Assembly: GCA_034189385.1 (NCBI GenBank)
Contig: JAXHVD010000026.1
Coordinates: 1-57,174 of the forward strand
Direction: 5' to 3'
Origin: Thermodesulfobacteriota bacterium
GTDB taxonomy: Bacteria > Desulfobacterota > Desulfobacteria > Desulfobacterales > C00003060
DNA length: 57,174 nucleotides
Below the pieces are notes generated by a model. The model did not search any database and was not told where the DNA came from. It saw only the letters and a program-made list of their open reading frames with translations. Each line of letters starts with the position of its first letter. The first letter of the stretch is position 1. This document shows, piece by piece, positions 10,297 to 21,386 of this stretch. The position numbers were made by a program, and so were the translations under genes.

Positions 10297-11310
10297 TTAC
10301 GAAAGTTCCTCTGTCATGTGAAAGGCGCACCGCGCCGCCCCCAGCAGGGCCGCCTTGTCGTTGAGGATCACCCAGACAGGGATTCTCCAGAGCCATGGCT
10401 CGAATCTGCCTTTGTTCGTGAATGCACGAAGGAAGATGTCTTCTTTCAACTTAGACAGTATTTTCGGCGGAATGCCTCCTCCCAGGTACATGCCCCCGGT
10501 TGTGAATCCTGTCAAAGCCAAGTTCCCCGCACAAGCCCCCAGCACAGAGACAAAGACGTCCAAGGTCTTTGAGCACAGAGGCACTTCTTCCACCAGGGCT
10601 GCTTCCGTAATGACCTTCGAAGGATCTTCTGTTTCCATCCTTTCGGCCAGCCATGGCGGTTCTTCACCCTGACCTGTGAACTTCAACCAGCAGTAAACGA
10701 TAAACAGCCCTGGCCCCGATAACACCCTCTCCACGCTCACGTGACCAAGGCGTTGGTGAAGATATTGCCACAGGGCCATCTCAACCTGGTTGTTTGGAGC
10801 CAGATCGCTATGTCCTCCCTCAGAATGCACAGGCAGGTACTGCCCATCTTTCCAGACGAGGAGGGCCATGCCAAGCCCGGTGCCCGGGGCGATGAGCCCA
10901 AGGTTCTTCCCTTTTGCTCCTTTTTCTTTGTTCAAGGCAAAGAGCTCCCGTTTGGTGAGGATCGGCACGGCCCAGGCCGTTGCCGTGAGGTCATTGATCA
11001 GCTTCACATTGCTCCAACCAAAGCGGTGCTTGAGCTTTCGTTCAGAGACTTCCCAAGGCAGATTCGTGATGCTGCATCGCCCCTTGTAAACAGGACCGGC
11101 AGCGCCCAGGCATACCCCCTTTACCGCCCTTCCATGTTTGTTGAGAAAGAGGTCGACGATATGCTCCAGGTTGGGCACTCCTTTGTTGGCATAGGTCTCC
11201 ATGATCTTCAGCCGAGGACGCCTTTTCCCCATCCTAAAGAGGCCCAGGTTCGTCTTGGTCCCGCCAATATCGCCTGCCAAGACCATGTCTTGACTGTCAG
11301 AGTTCGCCAT
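10297..11310 (-). CDS. glk: Glucokinase (group II)
   Basis: AGDIGGTKT, LINDL, GTGLG, SEGGH, ERVLSGPG, GGGI; RBS before ATG 11310. Confidence 0.95.
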   Translation of the reverse strand: MANSDSQDMVLAGDIGGTKTNLGLFRMGKRRPRLKIMETYANKGVPNLEHIVDLFLNKHGRAVKGVCLGAAGPVYKGRCSITNLPWEVSERKLKHRFGWSNVKLINDLTATAWAVPILTKRELFALNKEKGAKGKNLGLIAPGTGLGMALLVWKDGQYLPVHSEGGHSDLAPNNQVEMALWQYLHQRLGHVSVERVLSGPGLFIVYCWLKFTGQGEEPPWLAERMETEDPSKVITEAALVEEVPLCSKTLDVFVSVLGACAGNLALTGFTTGGMYLGGGIPPKILSKLKEDIFLRAFTNKGRFEPWLWRIPVWVILNDKAALLGAARCAFHMTEELS

Positions 11311-11350
11311 AAATACGCTCCTTTGGCAAAAAATCAGGTTTTTGAAAGCG

Positions 11351-12094
11351 CTAACGCCTTTCCTTCTTATCAAGTAACGAGGAGGCCTGGTCATCCACCA
11401 GCCAGATCACACGCCCCTTTGTCGGTTGAACCCTCTGCGCAGGTAGCGGTGTGCCTCCTTCATCAAAAATGGCCCGTGTCACTGCGGCCTTTTCTTTCCC
11501 TGAAATCAGAAACACGATCTCCCTGGCGCTGTTTAAGACAGGAAGGGTCATGGTCAGGCGGCTCACATTGGGATTTCCCCCCTTGACGGCCACCACCCAC
11601 CTCTTCATTTCATCCAAGGCCCGTTGCTCAGGGAAGAGAGAGGCCGTATGGCCATCCTGACCAATCCCAAGGAGCATGAGATCAAAGGCGGGAAAAGGCT
11701 CTGCGCCAAAGAACGCCCTGAGGGCCTCCTCGTATTGCCTGGCACCGTCTGCCGGCGGAATCCCTGTGGGCATGGGGTGGATCTGCGAAGGGGGAATGGG
11801 AATGTGATCCAGAAAGTCTGCCTTGGCCGCACCAACGTTGCTGGCCGGACTTGTTTTGGGGACACAGCGGTCGTCGACCCAAAACAGATGGACACCGGTC
11901 CATGGAATCTCAGAGCGATAGGGTTCCTGGGCCAGGAGTCGGTGCACGGGTCTTGGCGTGCCCCCCCCGGAGATGGCCACTGAAAAAGGGGCTCCATTCC
12001 TAGCGCAGCCCCTGGCCCTTTTGCTGAACAAGTCTGCGGCCCATGACGCCCAAACCTTGTTCTCTTTAACAACAATGTCTCCTTTGGAAGGCAC
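11351..12094 (-). CDS. pgl: 6-phosphogluconolactonase
   Basis: SGGGTP, DDRCVP, LGIGQDGHTASLFP, RLTMT. Confidence 0.95.
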   Translation of the reverse strand: MPSKGDIVVKENKVWASWAADLFSKRARGCARNGAPFSVAISGGGTPRPVHRLLAQEPYRSEIPWTGVHLFWVDDRCVPKTSPASNVGAAKADFLDHIPIPPSQIHPMPTGIPPADGARQYEEALRAFFGAEPFPAFDLMLLGIGQDGHTASLFPEQRALDEMKRWVVAVKGGNPNVSRLTMTLPVLNSAREIVFLISGKEKAAVTRAIFDEGGTPLPAQRVQPTKGRVIWLVDDQASSLLDKKERR

Positions 12095-12170
12095 GGTGTC
12101 TTGTCACCACGATGACGAGTAGCAAAAATCAGATCTGAACATCCCCGACCCATGGGGTGCCTGGCCTTTG

Positions 12171-12869
12171 TCACCCCTCTCCTTTGACCTTCTTGATGAT
12201 TCTAGGAATGAAAAAGGAAAAGACAAACATACCCACTGAAAAAAAGACCTTAAAAGAAAGCAGCTCGCCCCAGTTGCCCGAGGCCCACACCTCTTTGAGG
12301 GTGCCTATGAAAAAGGTGAAGATGAAGGTCCCAACAATGATGCCCAGAGCTGTGCCGAAAAAATAGTCCCAGAAACGGACCTTTGTCAATCCCATGCCGA
12401 AGTTCATGGGGGTGAATGGAAAATAGACGAGGCGAAGGTAAAGGACCGTGGCAAAACCGTTGCGTTCTATGGCATCGTCATATCTCTTCAGCCGATCTCC
12501 GATCAACGAGGCAGCAAACTCCCTTCCCAGGCTACGGCCGATCCAGAAGGCAGCACTGGCACCCAGCATGGCCCCGATCCAGACATAAACGAATCCCCAA
12601 TAGGCCCCGAAGAGAGCAGCACCCAGGCCCGTCAGCAGGGTTCCCGGCACAAAGAGGCAGATACCCAGGGCATAGATCACCATGAAGATGACGGACGCCC
12701 ACACCCCAGCCGTGTCCAGGAGACGGCCTAACGCCTCAGGCGTAAGATAGCCCCTGATGGGAGTCCATCTCACGAGGAATATGGCGCCAACGATGAAAGC
12801 CACAAGGATGGATGCCTTGATGGCAGCCTTCTTCCGGTCTCCCCTTGGTTGTTCAATGGCTTCTTCCAA
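12171..12869 (-). CDS. TVP38/TMEM64 (VTT/DedA superfamily) membrane protein
   Basis: Multiple TM helices; FVPGTLLT..G..LFG, GA..AFWIGR, LRLV..PF. Confidence 0.88.
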   Translation of the reverse strand: MEEAIEQPRGDRKKAAIKASILVAFIVGAIFLVRWTPIRGYLTPEALGRLLDTAGVWASVIFMVIYALGICLFVPGTLLTGLGAALFGAYWGFVYVWIGAMLGASAAFWIGRSLGREFAASLIGDRLKRYDDAIERNGFATVLYLRLVYFPFTPMNFGMGLTKVRFWDYFFGTALGIIVGTFIFTFFIGTLKEVWASGNWGELLSFKVFFSVGMFVFSFFIPRIIKKVKGEG

Positions 12870-12959
12870 GTCTTTGCCCCCTCAGTTTCTTCTTTCGCAA
12901 CCCCCGTCTCCGCTCATAGGAGGCGTGCCAAGACGCGTACCCCCCGGATTTGGCAACAG

Positions 12960-13272
12960 AGGGATGGGGTGATTCGCTGGACATATCTCAACAGGGGCCT
13001 ACAGCCATTGCCCCCCACCATCTTGAAGGCCCTGTAAAAAGTCTTTTGCGAACGACATTGAGCATTCTTGGGACAAAATTCATGATAAGCGAAGCGTTAA
13101 AATCGCGAACTGTTTGATCCGCCGCGGCGGAGAGTTTTCGCGATTTAGCAGAGCGCAGAATGAATCCCAAGAATGCTCACGAAGTGAGCAACAAGTACTT
13201 TTTACGATTCCATCGCTTTTGCACAGCGACCGAAGGCATTGGAGGCCGAAGTGAAGCGGATTCCCCCATCCC
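12960..13272. repeat. REP-like hairpin element interrupted by a MITE
   Basis: Outer inverted repeat GGGATGGGGTGATTCGCT / AGCGGATTCCCCCATCCC; the halves GCCTACAGCCATTGC and CACAGCGAC..AAGGCATTGGAGGCCGAAG occur contiguously at 46555-46614. Confidence 0.7.
13025..13214. mobile_element. Palindromic MITE-like element (~190 bp)
   Basis: Terminal IRs GAAGGCCCTGTAAAAAGT / ACTTTTTACGATTCCATC; internal IRs GAGCATTCTTGGGA/TCCCAAGAATGCTC and AAATCGCGAA/TTCGCGATTT; no credible ORF. Confidence 0.8.
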
Positions 13273-13406
13273 GACCCCTCCATTGCATCAAAAAAGCCCG
13301 AACCAGAGCCCTGACCTTTTCCAGAAACCTTGGCACGCCTTTGGCTTCAATTTCTACGTGACAGGGTTCCGCCTTTTTTCAAGCCGCCAGGCGCTAACCT
13401 GCGTTC

Positions 13407-14195
13407 TCATGTTCCGTTAAGGCCCCAGTCATAATCCAGGTACTTCACCTTGAGCCTTTCTCGGCTGGCCTGGATCCTCTCCTTGAACGTCCCTTCCGCG
13501 TACTCGAGGAAGAATCCAACGACACCGTCATTGAAATCCTCTGCAAACCACTTGAAGATCTTGCTCACGTGAAGGGTTTCTCCTTCCAGGCGATTTTCCT
13601 TGGGATCGTTCAAAAAGGCGCGCACAGACTGGTTCAACTGCCGGTCCAGGCCGCTTCCCCTGTAGGGCTCTGAAAGAAGGGGAGGGCAACTTTTTGAGGC
13701 ACAATTGACAGCAAAATGGATCCTCGGATCCTTGAAGCGCGGACGTATGATGCCGTGTTCCAGGTCATCGAGGCTCATTGTCTTACCCTCGATGCGAACG
13801 ATCTCCTTTCGGAAAGGGCTCTTCCACTTGAAGATGCGGCTTCCCAGATCCCAGATCGATTCTACCCCGGGATAGGCACTCAGAATGAGCTTGATGGTCC
13901 ACGCATTGTAGGCATTGATGTAGAAGGCAAGTTGTTGCTTGGCAGTAAGCCTTGTTGTGTCTGTCTTTTCAAGGACCTTGAGGTATTGATCTAGTTTCTC
14001 CTCTTCCTCCTTGAAGCCCCGGTAGTCAACCACACCTTCTTTCACGTATTTGGCGAGCAGGTCCTTATAAAGGCTCTGATCCACTCCCTCCATGGACCAG
14101 CCGACAGGAGGAATCGTTGAGCAAAAAACCAACGAAAAGAGAAACAGCCCTATACGGGGGCCCCTTGCCTTCATGAGAACGGCCACTTTTCCCAC
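13407..14195 (-). CDS. DUF547 domain protein (probably exported)
   Basis: VDY, LAFYINAYNA, LDDLEHGIIR, DPRIHFAVNCASKSCP, YDWGLN; N-terminal signal-like segment. Confidence 0.9.
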   Translation of the reverse strand: MGKVAVLMKARGPRIGLFLFSLVFCSTIPPVGWSMEGVDQSLYKDLLAKYVKEGVVDYRGFKEEEEKLDQYLKVLEKTDTTRLTAKQQLAFYINAYNAWTIKLILSAYPGVESIWDLGSRIFKWKSPFRKEIVRIEGKTMSLDDLEHGIIRPRFKDPRIHFAVNCASKSCPPLLSEPYRGSGLDRQLNQSVRAFLNDPKENRLEGETLHVSKIFKWFAEDFNDGVVGFFLEYAEGTFKERIQASRERLKVKYLDYDWGLNGT

Positions 14196-14207
14196 TTCAT
14201 GGTCCCT

Positions 14208-15644
14208 CTAACCCTGATAGCCAAAGAGAAGCTTCAGGATACTCTTCACTCTTGGGCTGAAGATCTTCTGCCCATAGTACTTGCCGGCAGTCCTTTTGTG
14301 AATCTCCGAAAGGGTGGGATAGGCAAATATCTGGGCAGCAAGATCGGACAGTTTCATCCCCTTGTTTAGCGCCATCACGGACGAGCCGATGAGCTCCCCG
14401 GCGTGGAGGCCCACGATCTGCACGCCGATCATCTTGTCCGAGCCTTCCTCTGTCAGGATCTTCATCTTGCCCTCATATTCCCTTTCTGCCAGGGCCCGGT
14501 CTATTTCCTCAAAGGTCTCCACATGCGTGTCATAGGCCACATCATCATTCTTTGCCCGCTGTTCGTTGTAGCCGATGGAAGCGATTTCCGGGTCCGTGAA
14601 GGTCACCCACGGCGTCATGTTGTAGTTGATCTTACCAGGAATGTGCATGATGGCGTGCCTGACGATCATGGACCCCTCCGCCCCTGCCATGTGGGTAAAG
14701 GGGAATTTCCCGTTCACGTCCCCTGCGGCATAGATGTGCTTCTGGTTCGTCTGCATGTGAAGATCGGTTTCTATGCCCTTGTTGGTATAGTTCACGCCAG
14801 CCGCTTCCAGATGCAATCCCTCCACATTGGCCTTCCTGCCCGTGGCCACCAGGATCTCGTCGCAATGGATGGCCTCTTCTTTGCCTTCCCTGTCTTCAAG
14901 GACCATGACCTTGTCGCTGCCCTCTTTATACACCCTCTTTGCCTCTGCACCCATCCGCAGGGCTATCCCGTCATGAACCATCTGTTGGACGACCACCCCT
15001 GCCATGTCCAGGTCTTCAAAGCTCAGAGGGTTTTCCAGGATGTCAACGAGGGTGACGCTGCTCCCCAACCGGGAAAAAGCATGGGCCAGCTCCGCACCAA
15101 TGGGACCTGCGCCAAGGACGATGAGTCGCGGCGGGAGTTCTTCCAGGGAGAAGACCTCCACGTTCGTTATAAACCCGGCCTCCTTGAGACCCTCAATGGG
15201 AAAGACCATGGGGCTGCTCCCCGTGGCAATGGTAAAGCGACTGCCGGAAAGTGATTTGCCGTTGACTCTTACTTCATGGTCGGACACAAATTCGGCCCCG
15301 CCAAAAACCACGTCCACGCCCATACCCTGGAATCGCTCTACGGAATCGTGCACGGCCACCTGGTCGATGACCCTTTTCACGTGGTCCATGACGGACTTGA
15401 GATCACAAGGCGGCACATCTACCTGGGGCAAGCCAAAGAGGTCCAGGTGTCTGGCATAATGATAGACCTTGGCCGCCTTGATCAGGGTCTTGCTCGGGAC
15501 ACAGCCATAATGGAGACAGTCTCCACCCAATTTCTCCTTCTCAATCAAGGCCGTCTTGGCGCCTAGCTGAGCAGCCCCCGCCGCCACGGTCAGCCCGGCA
15601 GCTCCCCCACCAATAATGATCATATCGTAGTCGTACTTGGCCAT
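14208..15644 (-). CDS. FAD-dependent pyridine nucleotide-disulfide oxidoreductase, LpdA/MerA-like
   Basis: GGGAAG, GGDCLHYGCVPSK, GAGPIG, AAGDV; YPTLSE instead of HPTLSE; no C-terminal Cys-Cys. Confidence 0.9.
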   Translation of the reverse strand: MAKYDYDMIIIGGGAAGLTVAAGAAQLGAKTALIEKEKLGGDCLHYGCVPSKTLIKAAKVYHYARHLDLFGLPQVDVPPCDLKSVMDHVKRVIDQVAVHDSVERFQGMGVDVVFGGAEFVSDHEVRVNGKSLSGSRFTIATGSSPMVFPIEGLKEAGFITNVEVFSLEELPPRLIVLGAGPIGAELAHAFSRLGSSVTLVDILENPLSFEDLDMAGVVVQQMVHDGIALRMGAEAKRVYKEGSDKVMVLEDREGKEEAIHCDEILVATGRKANVEGLHLEAAGVNYTNKGIETDLHMQTNQKHIYAAGDVNGKFPFTHMAGAEGSMIVRHAIMHIPGKINYNMTPWVTFTDPEIASIGYNEQRAKNDDVAYDTHVETFEEIDRALAEREYEGKMKILTEEGSDKMIGVQIVGLHAGELIGSSVMALNKGMKLSDLAAQIFAYPTLSEIHKRTAGKYYGQKIFSPRVKSILKLLFGYQG

Positions 15645-15647
15645 CTG

Positions 15648-17198
15648 TCATCCCCTCCGCCACGCACATCCTTCATGCCTCATCAGGGCATCGGCCTCTT
15701 TAGGGCCCCACGTTCCTGCCTCGTAGAAATGGAGAGACTTCTCTCGGTCCTTACAGGTTTCGCAGGCATCAAGAATGGGGGAGAGAAAGGCCCAGCATTG
15801 CTCCACACCGTCCTGGCGCACGAACAGCATGTGATCCCCCAGCAGACAGTCCAGGATCACCTTTTCGTAGGCATCCAAAAACGAGCCCTCCTGGATCGTA
15901 CTGTAGTGAAAATCCATGGTCACCGGCTGGAGGCAGACCTTTGCGCCGGGAAGCTTGGTTTGAAAGGTCAGGGTGATCCTTTCTTCTGGTTGGATTCTCA
16001 AGACCAGCACATTCGGCTGAATCTCTTCAGACAAGGCATTGCGGAACATGAGATTCGGGACGGCCCTGAATTGTATGGCGATTTCCGTGATCTTCGTTGC
16101 CATCCTCTTGCCGGAGCGCAAGTAAAAGGGCACCCCTTGCCAGCGCCAGTTGTCTACGAAGACCTTGGCCATGGCAAAGGTGGGAACCAGGGAGTCTCCT
16201 TGAACGCCCCGTTCGTCTCTGTAAGCAGGCACTGGCTCCCCCTCTATGGCTCCCGCAACATATTGGCCCAGGACAAGGTGATCATCAATCCTTTCAACTG
16301 GAAAGGGCCGAAGAGACCGAAAGACCTTTACCTTCTCGTCTCTCACACGGCCGGCCTCAAAGACAGAAGGGGGTTCCATGGCCGTCAGTGCCAGGAGCTG
16401 GAGCATGTGATTCTGAAACATATCCCTCAACACCCCTGCCTCTTCATAATAGATAGACCGATGTTCCACCCCCAAGGTCTCAGCCGCCGTGATTTGGACG
16501 TGATCGACAAACTGCCGGTTCCATATAGGTTCAAAGATGGCATTGGCAAAGCGGAACATCAACAGATTCTGCACCGTCTCTTTGGCCAGGTAGTGGTCAA
16601 TCCGATAGATCTGTTCTTCTTCGAAGTATTCGTGGATGTGAAGGTTCAGATCCTGAGCCGTCTTAAGGTCCCGCCCGAAGGGTTTTTCGATGACGACTCG
16701 GGACCATCCGGAAGGCTCGTCCTTCTTGCCAGCAAGGCCTGCCTCTCCCAGATCATGGACAATCTTGATGTACTGCGTGGGAGGCACAGCGAGATAGAAC
16801 AGCCGATTCTCCGCCATCTGGAGGTCACGACTCTGGTTTTTTAGAAACGCCGCCAGTTCGCTGAACGGTGAAGCGCTTTTAGGGTTGATAATCTTGTAAT
16901 GGAGGCGTGCAGCAAAGGCGTCCCATTGGTCGTCAGACGGCTTTTCCCCTCCCAGGGTTCGTGCGGACTCTTTGATGAAATCGCGATAGGCCTCTGTCTT
17001 CATCTCCGTCAGATCGGCCCCCACGATCAGAAAGGGATCTGGCAATCCCCCGTTTTGAAAGAGCCTGAAAAGCGCGAGGATGAGTTTTCTGCGGGCCAAG
17101 TCGCCCGAGGCCCCGATGACGACAATGGCGCATGGGTCTGGTGGGGCCTCAATGGCACATGATCCAGCTCCAACAATGTGAATGGTCTTTTCGTTCAC
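15648..17198 (-). CDS. zwf: Glucose-6-phosphate 1-dehydrogenase
   Basis: [40 protein letters not shown]. Confidence 0.97.
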   Translation of the reverse strand: MNEKTIHIVGAGSCAIEAPPDPCAIVVIGASGDLARRKLILALFRLFQNGGLPDPFLIVGADLTEMKTEAYRDFIKESARTLGGEKPSDDQWDAFAARLHYKIINPKSASPFSELAAFLKNQSRDLQMAENRLFYLAVPPTQYIKIVHDLGEAGLAGKKDEPSGWSRVVIEKPFGRDLKTAQDLNLHIHEYFEEEQIYRIDHYLAKETVQNLLMFRFANAIFEPIWNRQFVDHVQITAAETLGVEHRSIYYEEAGVLRDMFQNHMLQLLALTAMEPPSVFEAGRVRDEKVKVFRSLRPFPVERIDDHLVLGQYVAGAIEGEPVPAYRDERGVQGDSLVPTFAMAKVFVDNWRWQGVPFYLRSGKRMATKITEIAIQFRAVPNLMFRNALSEEIQPNVLVLRIQPEERITLTFQTKLPGAKVCLQPVTMDFHYSTIQEGSFLDAYEKVILDCLLGDHMLFVRQDGVEQCWAFLSPILDACETCKDREKSLHFYEAGTWGPKEADALMRHEGCAWRRG

Positions 17199-18094
17199 TT
17201 CTTCTTCACCCCGTGCCCCCCGAACTCGTTCCGCAGGGCAGCAATGACTTTGGCGCTAAAAGAATCCTCCTGTCGAGAGCGGAAGCGCTCCAGCAAGGAC
17301 AAGGTAATGAGCGGTGCCGGCACATCGTTTTCGATGGCCTCGGCCACGGTCCATCGACCTTCTCCCGAGTCTTCCACGTATCCTTGAATCGATTCTAGCC
17401 TTGAATCTTTCTGAAAAGCGTCTTTCGTCAATTCAAGGAGCCACGAGCGGATAACGCTGCCCTGGTTCCACAGGTGTGCGATCTGCTCAAGGTCGAGCTT
17501 GAACTCCTTTTTGGCCTGAAGGATTTCGAAGCCCTCGGCATAGCCTTGCAGCAAGGCATACTCAATGCCGTTATGGACCATCTTGACGAAGTGTCCTGCG
17601 CCAGTCGGTCCCACGTGGGCATAGCCATCTTCTGGGGCCAGGGTTTGAAAGACGCGTTCCAACGTCTGAAATGCCTGCTCCTCTCCGCCGACCATGAGGC
17701 AGTAGCCGATCTCAAGGCCCCAGATGCCGCCGCTTGTGCCTGCGTCAAGGAGCGAGACGCCCTGTCTATTGAGGGTTTCAGCCCTTCTCATGGAGTCCTT
17801 GTAGAGAGAATTTCCGCCATCGATCAAGATGTCGCCCTCTGCCAAGAGGGAAGACAACGACAGGATCGTCTCTTCAGTGGGGTCACCGGAAGGGACCATG
17901 ATCCAGATGGCACGGGGGACGTCAAGTTTCTCAACCAATTCGTGGAGTGAATTCGCTGGGGTGGCGCCTTTTTTCTCTGCCGCCTTCAGGGCTTCAGCTA
18001 CGGGATCGAAGGCCACTATCTCATGGCCGCCTGCCATCAAACGCTCCACCATCTTTCCGCCCATTTTCCCAAGGCCAACAAAACCAATCTTCAT
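17195..18094 (-). CDS. gnd: Short-type decarboxylating 6-phosphogluconate dehydrogenase (YqeC-like)
   Basis: [42 protein letters not shown]; 299 aa. Confidence 0.95.
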   Translation of the reverse strand: MKIGFVGLGKMGGKMVERLMAGGHEIVAFDPVAEALKAAEKKGATPANSLHELVEKLDVPRAIWIMVPSGDPTEETILSLSSLLAEGDILIDGGNSLYKDSMRRAETLNRQGVSLLDAGTSGGIWGLEIGYCLMVGGEEQAFQTLERVFQTLAPEDGYAHVGPTGAGHFVKMVHNGIEYALLQGYAEGFEILQAKKEFKLDLEQIAHLWNQGSVIRSWLLELTKDAFQKDSRLESIQGYVEDSGEGRWTVAEAIENDVPAPLITLSLLERFRSRQEDSFSAKVIAALRNEFGGHGVKKK

Positions 18095-18155
18095 ATTCTC
18101 GTCCTCCTCGGGTCAGAAAAACCCAGTGTCTGGTGCAATCCATTCCGGGGGAGAA

Positions 18156-20243
18156 TCAGTGGAGATATGCTTCTAACCTGTGCAAGTCCTTTATAGGGGC
18201 TTGGCAGGTATATTGCTCGCAGATGTAAACTGTGGGGTTGTCATCTATGGGAACCATGTCCTTGACAAAAGGGGAAACAGAAGCGAGTCTCTTGCTCTGC
18301 GCCCCTTGAGGTCGAAGCAACAGCACCTTGTTGGGGAGAAAGCCTTTGTGAATGAGAGCGACCATTTCCCTGGTGGCCTTCAGATCTGGATCTCCAGCCA
18401 CCACAATCTCGCGACTGGGCCCAGCAGCGAAATCAAGGGCCATGAGCAAGTGCGTGTAGGCCATAGGCTGGTCCGCCACCTGGCGGGAAAAGGTTCGAAA
18501 CAACTGCTCGGCCCTTTGCTCCAGCACCACATTTCCCGTCATGCGACCCAGACGCAAGAAGTTCAGGGCCGCCACGGAATTGCCTGAAGGCAGGGCCCCA
18601 TCGTAGACTTCTTTGCTCCTAGTAATAAGCGCTTCGTTTCCCTTGCCCGTGAAATAAAGCCCCCCGCCCTTCTCGTCCCAGAAGAGATCCATCATCGCCT
18701 CATTCAGCCCAAGGGCTTCCTCCAAGAGCGAGATCTCAAAAGTGGCTTCATATAGGTCAATGAGACCCCATACAAGGAAGGCGTAGTCATCGAGATACCC
18801 GGGGTAGGCGGCATCCCCTTGCCTGAAACGACGAAGGATCCTGCCCTCGGCTGTCCTCAGGTTGTTCAGGAGGAAACCAACGGCATCTGTGGCTGCGGCA
18901 GCGTAAGCTTCGTCCCCGAAGACCTGGGTGCCCTTTGCCAGGGCGGCAATCATCAGACCGTTCCAGGAGGTGAGAATCTTGTCGTCTTTTAAGGGGTGGA
19001 TCCGTTTCTTGCGTGCTCGAAAGAGCTTCTCCCTGGCCTCGGAAAGCATGCTGTCAAGCTGTGGAGGATCGATCCCCTCCTTTGCTGCAAACCCTTGTGA
19101 AGCCATACGAACATGGAAAATGCTCCGTCCCTCTTCAAAGTTACCCCTGTCCGTAATACCATAGAAACGGCAGAAGAGTTCCCCCGTTTCTTTTCCCAGC
19201 AGGGCTGTTACCTCTTGGGGTGTCCAGACGTAAAACAGCCCTTCCTTGCCTTCGCTGTCGGCATCCTCTGCCGAATAGAAACCGCCCTGAGGAGATGTCA
19301 TGTCCCGCAGAACATAGACAAATATCTCCCGGGCCACCTCGGCAAATGGAGCCTCTCCTGTCACCTGGTAGGCCTCTAGGTAGGCCAGGGCCAGCAGGGC
19401 CTGATCATAGAGCATCTTTTCAAAATGGGGAACCAGCCACCTCTTGTCCACGGAATAGCGATGGAAGCCAAAGCCAATCTGGTCAAAAATGCCGCCGTTT
19501 CTCATGGCCCGCAAGGTTTGTTTCACCATGTCCAGGGCCGTGGCGTCGCCGCTCCGTTTATGCCATCGGAGCAGGAAGGTGAGGTGATGGGGGGTGGGAA
19601 ATTTCGGGGCAGCGCCGAATCCTCCCCAGGTGGGATCAAAGATCCTTGCAAGCTGGGTGTAGCCCTTCTTCAAGGTGTCCGCCTGCAAGACAGGAGCCGA
19701 TCCCTCTGTCTCCGAGCTGGGCTGGATGGCGGCTGTGATGGTCTCGCTTGATTTTACGATGCTGGCCCGGTCGTTTTTCCACATGTGGGCGATCTGCTGG
19801 ACCACCTCTGTAAAACCGGGCATACCCATGCGCGCGGTCTTTGGGAAATAGGTGCCGGCAAAAAAGGGTTTGCCGTGGGGCGTCATGAAAACGGAAAGGG
19901 GCCACCCTCCATGTCCCGTCAAGGACTGACACACGAACATGTAAATCTTATCTACATCGGGGCGCTCTTCGCGGTCCACCTTGATGGCGATAAAGGACTG
20001 GTTTAGAAGCCGGGCCACTTCCTCGTCCTCAAAGGACTCATGGGCCATCACATGGCACCAGTGGCACGTGGCATAGCCGATGGACAGGAAGATCGGCTTC
20101 TCCTCCCCTTTTGCCTTCTCAAATGCCTCATCACCCCAGGGATACCAGTTCACCGGGTTTTGGGCGTGTTGGAGAAGGTAAGGACTTCTTTCGTTGGCCA
20201 GCCGATTAAAGCCCCTTTGTTGTCCCGCATCTGCTTCGCCCAC
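18156..20243 (-). CDS. Thioredoxin-domain protein, YyaL/SSP411 family
   Basis: [47 protein letters not shown]. Confidence 0.93.
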   Translation of the reverse strand: MGEADAGQQRGFNRLANERSPYLLQHAQNPVNWYPWGDEAFEKAKGEEKPIFLSIGYATCHWCHVMAHESFEDEEVARLLNQSFIAIKVDREERPDVDKIYMFVCQSLTGHGGWPLSVFMTPHGKPFFAGTYFPKTARMGMPGFTEVVQQIAHMWKNDRASIVKSSETITAAIQPSSETEGSAPVLQADTLKKGYTQLARIFDPTWGGFGAAPKFPTPHHLTFLLRWHKRSGDATALDMVKQTLRAMRNGGIFDQIGFGFHRYSVDKRWLVPHFEKMLYDQALLALAYLEAYQVTGEAPFAEVAREIFVYVLRDMTSPQGGFYSAEDADSEGKEGLFYVWTPQEVTALLGKETGELFCRFYGITDRGNFEEGRSIFHVRMASQGFAAKEGIDPPQLDSMLSEAREKLFRARKKRIHPLKDDKILTSWNGLMIAALAKGTQVFGDEAYAAAATDAVGFLLNNLRTAEGRILRRFRQGDAAYPGYLDDYAFLVWGLIDLYEATFEISLLEEALGLNEAMMDLFWDEKGGGLYFTGKGNEALITRSKEVYDGALPSGNSVAALNFLRLGRMTGNVVLEQRAEQLFRTFSRQVADQPMAYTHLLMALDFAAGPSREIVVAGDPDLKATREMVALIHKGFLPNKVLLLRPQGAQSKRLASVSPFVKDMVPIDDNPTVYICEQYTCQAPIKDLHRLEAYLH

Positions 20244-20350
20244 TGGACCTCCACCGCAAGAGCCTGTGGTTCAAGAACGCTTGGTGACTGGACCCTGGTA
20301 AGGCTTCGTCCCGACACGCTGCTTCTCAAACGCACGTCCGATACATCAGA

Positions 20351-20542
20351 CTAGCGCGTGCCCACATCTTCCTCTCTTACCACTTTTCCCGTGTGTTTGG
20401 TTCCACAGGCCGGACAGAGGATATGGATCTCTTTCTCGTCGCCAATGAACTTTTCACGCAACTTCTCCGGGCCCAAAAATGTAACATCACCACAAGAGCA
20501 TGCCGGACATTCTGCCTTGACTTCATATCTCTTCTTTCCCAT
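20351..20542 (-). CDS. Small CxxC...CxxC metal-binding protein
   Basis: CPACSCG and CPACG; AGGAGG RBS. Confidence 0.75.
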   Translation of the reverse strand: MGKKRYEVKAECPACSCGDVTFLGPEKLREKFIGDEKEIHILCPACGTKHTGKVVREEDVGTR

Positions 20543-20745
20543 GATGGCCTCCTATTTCTTCTTTATTGAAGACCCTGCAGCAAGCTGTTTGGAATGTTCT
20601 ACCTAGCGGCAGTGCTTCGCAGCGACCGCAAGGGATGTGTCCCATTTTCTGTACACGCGCTAACCGCGCAGCCCGCCAATCCCTGCCATGGCCCTGGGCT
20701 TGGGCTCCCATAGCAACCCCTGCGTTCAGCGCCTCTCCTTTCCCC

Positions 20746-21378
20746 TTAGGGCTTGCCCAGTTCCTCCAGGGCCTTGATGAGCCTTTCAAGACTCGGTCTT
20801 TCATTGATGTCGTTGACGTCAATGTATCGAATGATCCCCTTCTTATCGATGACAAAAAGGGCCCGCTCTGTCACCCCGTCAGAGCGCAAGACCCCGAATG
20901 TGTCAGCCACCTTCCCATGGGGCCAGAAGTCGGAAAGCACAGGAAACCACAACGTCGTCCCCTCGGGAACCATCTGATTTGTCCATGCAAACAAGGTGGG
21001 GATGTTGTCCACAGTGATACCCAGAAGCACGGCATCGTTTTCAGCAAATAGGTCATCAATGATGTTGTACCCTGGCCACTGATCGGAGCAGACCGGGGTC
21101 CACGCTGCAGGCACAAAGGAAAGGACCACATTCTTCTTCCCAAGATACTGGCCGAGAGAGACCTTTCCTCCTGAAACTGCCGGAAGGGTGAAGTCAGGCG
21201 CCTTGTCTCCCACCTTTACCTTCAACACACTGTCTTTCGGCTTCAGGTCTCCCGGATGGTAGATATTGTCCTTGAACGCTTCAGAGCTTCCATAGGTGCT
21301 GGCAGCAACCAAAGGACTGAAGCAAAAGAGCACCACCCATACCCATGATAAGACTAAGCCTGTTTTCTGCTTCATCAC
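20746..21378 (-). CDS. Exported AhpC/TSA peroxiredoxin (AhpE-like, 1-Cys)
   Basis: VGDKAPDFTL, PAAWTPVC, SDFWPHG, ERALFVID; signal peptide. Confidence 0.88.
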   Translation of the reverse strand: MMKQKTGLVLSWVWVVLFCFSPLVAASTYGSSEAFKDNIYHPGDLKPKDSVLKVKVGDKAPDFTLPAVSGGKVSLGQYLGKKNVVLSFVPAAWTPVCSDQWPGYNIIDDLFAENDAVLLGITVDNIPTLFAWTNQMVPEGTTLWFPVLSDFWPHGKVADTFGVLRSDGVTERALFVIDKKGIIRYIDVNDINERPSLERLIKALEELGKP

Positions 21379-21386
21379 GCTTCCTC

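Noticed and set aside
14208..15644. Mercuric reductase merA or true lpdA
   Set aside because: Lacks the MerA C-terminal Cys pair and mer context; lacks the LpdA HPTxxE His and has no E2 nearby
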